Shown piece after piece: positions 61,329 to 64,000 of a stretch of 64,000 bases of DNA. The notes under the pieces are model-generated. The model had not been told where the DNA came from. It worked only from the letters and a program-made list of their open reading frames with translations, and did not search any database. Numbering within the stretch: the first letter of the stretch is position 1; the number at the start of each line of letters is the position of its first letter. The translations under genes and the position numbers were made by a program. Location of the stretch: IMG/VR virus record IMGVR_UViG_3300008954_000029, positions 1 to 64,000 of that record; one strand, written 5' to 3'. The stretch is from a virus.

Positions 61329-61550
61329 TCAGACAACTTCGAAACCCTGTGGTCCCTCAGTGAGGGTCTTGACTTCATTCTGGGCGCACAGCATCTTCCA
61401 ATAAGCCGGGCTTGCGATCGTAACATCGTTTTTGAAATAAGCTTTTAACCACTTGTGTCTCGCAATGCCAGAACTAACACTAAGCGGCCTGGGGACGACA
61501 ATGGTACCCAGTTTGGTTACGACAAACTCGCAAGACTTGTTTTTCTGCAC
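61329..61550 (-). CDS. hypothetical protein
   Basis: SD GGAGAGG; TTGACT-N17-TATAGT upstream. Confidence 0.55.
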   Translation of the reverse strand: MQKNKSCEFVVTKLGTIVVPRPLSVSSGIARHKWLKAYFKNDVTIASPAYWKMLCAQNEVKTLTEGPQGFEVV

Positions 61551-61587
61551 CGCTCGGCCTCTCCAAAGTTTGTATTACTACTATACC

Positions 61588-61875
61588 TTAATTTTCTTGT
61601 TTAGTCAAGGTGTTTTTTTTGATCCTCACCCAAACAGCCCAAGTCAAGGGCACCATAATCCCGTGTAAGCACAAAAGCCAACTGATGGGGGTGGCAGTAT
61701 GAAACCAGGGATTAACATTGTTCCCCAGCCAGTAAAAAAGAATTGGAAACCCTATGTCCTCAATAACTTCCCAGATCAAAAAGATAACCAGGAACGCTAA
61801 GCCGTGTTCCTTGAATGTCTTTTTTAAACGTTGTGGAGAAATGTGGTTCCACTTCTTCTTTAACCAGCGAAACAT
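61588..61875 (-). CDS. membrane protein
   Basis: Hydrophobic segments, WEVIED motif. Confidence 0.6.
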   Translation of the reverse strand: MFRWLKKKWNHISPQRLKKTFKEHGLAFLVIFLIWEVIEDIGFPILFYWLGNNVNPWFHTATPISWLLCLHGIMVPLTWAVWVRIKKNTLTKQEN

Positions 61876-61878
61876 CTT

Positions 61879-62220
61879 TCAGTCCAAAAGCCTTATTCTC
61901 ATCCTCTCGTAACCCAACTGGCCCAGATCAACAACAAAATCTAGATTTCCTTCGATGTTGGGCAAATAACATTTATCATCGTAATAAACAACTTTATCCG
62001 AGTTCGTTAATTGATAACAAATTTCTCTAGAGTGACGTTCTGTTTGTGTAGTTACCCACCTGTAAGAGTAGAGGGCGCCCACTTCAAATAACGAAAACAA
62101 CACAACAAAAGCGAGAATACGCTTTTTAAATTTCTTATGTTGCTCAATTAAAAGCTGGTTTATTTCGGCAGTCCTATCTGCTTCCTTCCTATTAGGGCAA
62201 ACTGGGCAACCAACTATCAC
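61879..62220 (-). CDS. single-TM hypothetical protein
   Basis: CPVC plus TM helix; SD GAGG. Confidence 0.55.
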   Translation of the reverse strand: MIVGCPVCPNRKEADRTAEINQLLIEQHKKFKKRILAFVVLFSLFEVGALYSYRWVTTQTERHSREICYQLTNSDKVVYYDDKCYLPNIEGNLDFVVDLGQLGYERMRIRLLD

Positions 62221-62242
62221 TATTATTTTTTACCTCTGAAAA

Positions 62243-62503
62243 TTAAACCCAAGTGGAAATAAAGCCTTTATTATAACTATTCCCAATCTCATAAGATAAC
62301 TCGTATTCTCCAAGAACTTTGATTACAATTTCACGCATCTTTTCTGAAAAGCCAGTAACAATGTGAATCTCTGTTTCGTCACCCCAGTGTGACTCTATGA
62401 ATCGTATGCTGGCGCTTCTAACGTCTTCGTGCCTCATAGAATGTAAATCTAGTTTAGGTATGTCTTGATACGCGTTTCTTTGGAATCGCTTACGCCTTGG
62501 CAT
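62243..62503 (-). CDS. stand-alone Smr domain protein
   Basis: LDLH...HIVTG...N.G. Confidence 0.75.
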   Translation of the reverse strand: MPRRKRFQRNAYQDIPKLDLHSMRHEDVRSASIRFIESHWGDETEIHIVTGFSEKMREIVIKVLGEYELSYEIGNSYNKGFISTWV

Positions 62504-63464
62504 TGAAGTCTGAAATATTCCTCTTAAAGTTCTGGAACAGATCGTTCAAAGAAATTTCCCCGATGCCGTCTTCAATCATCATCTTTCGCACTTGCGTCTT
62601 GTTCAGCATCGGCACAAAACTTCCAAGAACACTGTTAATGTTCTGCTTTTGTTGAATGGAGATTGATGGTGCGTAAAGCTGCATTAACTTGTAGTTCTCA
62701 CGAATAAGACTTTCGCCTTCAATAATGTTCGTGTGCGCACCCACCTTCTTTTCAACGCCCTCACAATACTCAATCACCTCATCAATAGAATAGTCCTTCT
62801 CCTCAGCCAAAAACGAAAGACGCTTGGCTACGGTAGGGATTCCGACGCGGCCAACCCCGGGCAAGTTATCACTGGTGTCGCCGGCGATGGCGCGAGCCAA
62901 AGCAAAGTTGGTGGGGTGAATACCAAACTTCTCAACAACTCGCGTCTTGTTCAACATTTCCTTTTGGATAGGGCGATAAAGGACGGTTTCATCGTCCAGT
63001 AGTTGGATGAAATCCTTATCGGAACTGACGATGACCTTCTGCCAGCCCTTGTGCTCCGGATGGTTGACGACATAAGAAATGATGTCATCTGCCTCTACGT
63101 GATCCGAAACAAACTGAATCATCGGCATTTCATTGAGGTATTCAAACAGCCTCGTCTGTTGCCAGATCTTGTTGGCGATCTCCTCGTTCTCAGAGAGATT
63201 CCTGATGGTGCGATTGAGGCGGATGGGCTTGCGGCCTTCCTTGTAGCCCTTGTTGGTGCTCTTCCTCTTCTGAGAACCACCAGCACCGTCCCAGCAGACA
63301 ACTATTTTGTCTGGCTTAATCTCCCTTACGAGACGGTTGGTAATCTTCAAAAAACCCTTCAAGCCACCAATAGGTTGTCCGTTTGAGGACAGGCTAGGGT
63401 CAACGATGTACGCCCTGATAAACTGATTCACAGCATCAAGAACGAGAAGTCTTTTCGCTTTCAT
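62490..63464 (-). CDS. 5'-3' exonuclease / RNase H (FEN-like)
   Basis: LLVLD, CWD, YK..R, EADD, SSDKD, GDTSDNLPGV..VG. Confidence 0.92.
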   Translation of the reverse strand: MKAKRLLVLDAVNQFIRAYIVDPSLSSNGQPIGGLKGFLKITNRLVREIKPDKIVVCWDGAGGSQKRKSTNKGYKEGRKPIRLNRTIRNLSENEEIANKIWQQTRLFEYLNEMPMIQFVSDHVEADDIISYVVNHPEHKGWQKVIVSSDKDFIQLLDDETVLYRPIQKEMLNKTRVVEKFGIHPTNFALARAIAGDTSDNLPGVGRVGIPTVAKRLSFLAEEKDYSIDEVIEYCEGVEKKVGAHTNIIEGESLIRENYKLMQLYAPSISIQQKQNINSVLGSFVPMLNKTQVRKMMIEDGIGEISLNDLFQNFKRNISDFNAKA

Positions 63465-63485
63465 GTTTCCTTATTATAATGTTTT

Positions 63486-63686
63486 TTATTTTTCTTGTAT
63501 AGAGTTAACTAAGATTAGATCTTCTTCCTCAAGCCACCTGACCGCGGCGTTCTCAAAGAAGTAAACCACGCAAATGTAATGTCCACCCCACTGTTCAACA
63601 TCGACTACAATGCCTAGGCCCTCGATAGGATCGTAAGGTACCTTCAGGAACTCCTCAGCTTTCACAAGGTCGCCGATGTTTAACAA
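63486..63686 (-). CDS. SH3/KOW-like MKVGDLV-family protein
   Basis: LNIGDLVK...LGIVV. Confidence 0.65.
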   Translation of the reverse strand: MLNIGDLVKAEEFLKVPYDPIEGLGIVVDVEQWGGHYICVVYFFENAAVRWLEEEDLILVNSIQEK

Positions 63687-63895
63687 TCATCGTCCCTCTT
63701 CTTCCTTCGGTGTGACTTGGCTTTTTGTAAATGGTTGTCTATCTTGTTGATAAGTTTCTGCTTCCAGGGGGGTAGTTCTTCGTCACCAACGGAGGCGCGT
63801 AGCAACTCCAAAATAAGGCGCAGTTCCCTCTTTGATAGGAAGACTTTCCTTAAAAAAGCGGGAATCTTTCTGGACCCTATATCGTCGTCGCTCAT
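63680..63895 (-). CDS. hypothetical protein
   Basis: CTATTTA variant and SD upstream. Confidence 0.5.
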   Translation of the reverse strand: MSDDDIGSRKIPAFLRKVFLSKRELRLILELLRASVGDEELPPWKQKLINKIDNHLQKAKSHRRKKRDDDC

Positions 63896-64000
63896 TCATA
63901 GAACCTCTCTTCCCCTTAAATAGAGCAGGAATCACAGTTTAATCCTGGAAATCTTCTCTCCACCCTCAGTATATACCACCTTCTTCACTCCACAAAAGCG

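Noticed and set aside
11656-63923. Numerous plus-strand ORFs in the track
   Set aside because: They are antisense shadows of well-supported minus-strand genes or tRNAs.

Overview
This 64 kb window looks like part of a large, lytic-type dsDNA bacteriophage genome. It is gene-dense, has seven tRNA genes, and I found no rRNA or integrase. Myxococcota-style surface proteins, a perfect sigma-54 site and tRNAs for AT-rich codons suggest a deltaproteobacterial/myxobacterial host (inference). Positions 1-11.5 kb form a divergently transcribed early region. It holds about 27 tiny paralogous 'MKVGDLV' SH3/KOW-like genes, repeated sigma-70 promoters (often leaderless) and a restriction-modification-like pair between two tRNAs. 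Positions 11.5-64 kb are almost all minus strand. They encode chaperones and proteases (DnaJ, a second J-protein, Hsp20, GroEL, GroES, ClpP), nucleotide metabolism (GuaB, PurA, Dut, dNK, ThyX, NrdJ), replication (DnaB, 5'-3' exonuclease, and DnaE split by a trans-splicing intein around a Vsr-like endonuclease), lysis enzymes and auxiliary metabolic genes (CysK, PMM, Def). The most striking feature is a tandem operon of seven different enzyme genes (12598-17074) that share an N-terminal leader of about 14 aa, MKL(L/I)LENWRxYLxE. Related leaders occur on scattered genes, including a SAM-lyase-like protein, that sit behind a conserved ACTATTTA motif. I interpret this as a candidate capsid-targeting tag that packages an enzyme toolkit for injection into the host. 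All calls come from motif recognition by eye; no searches were run.
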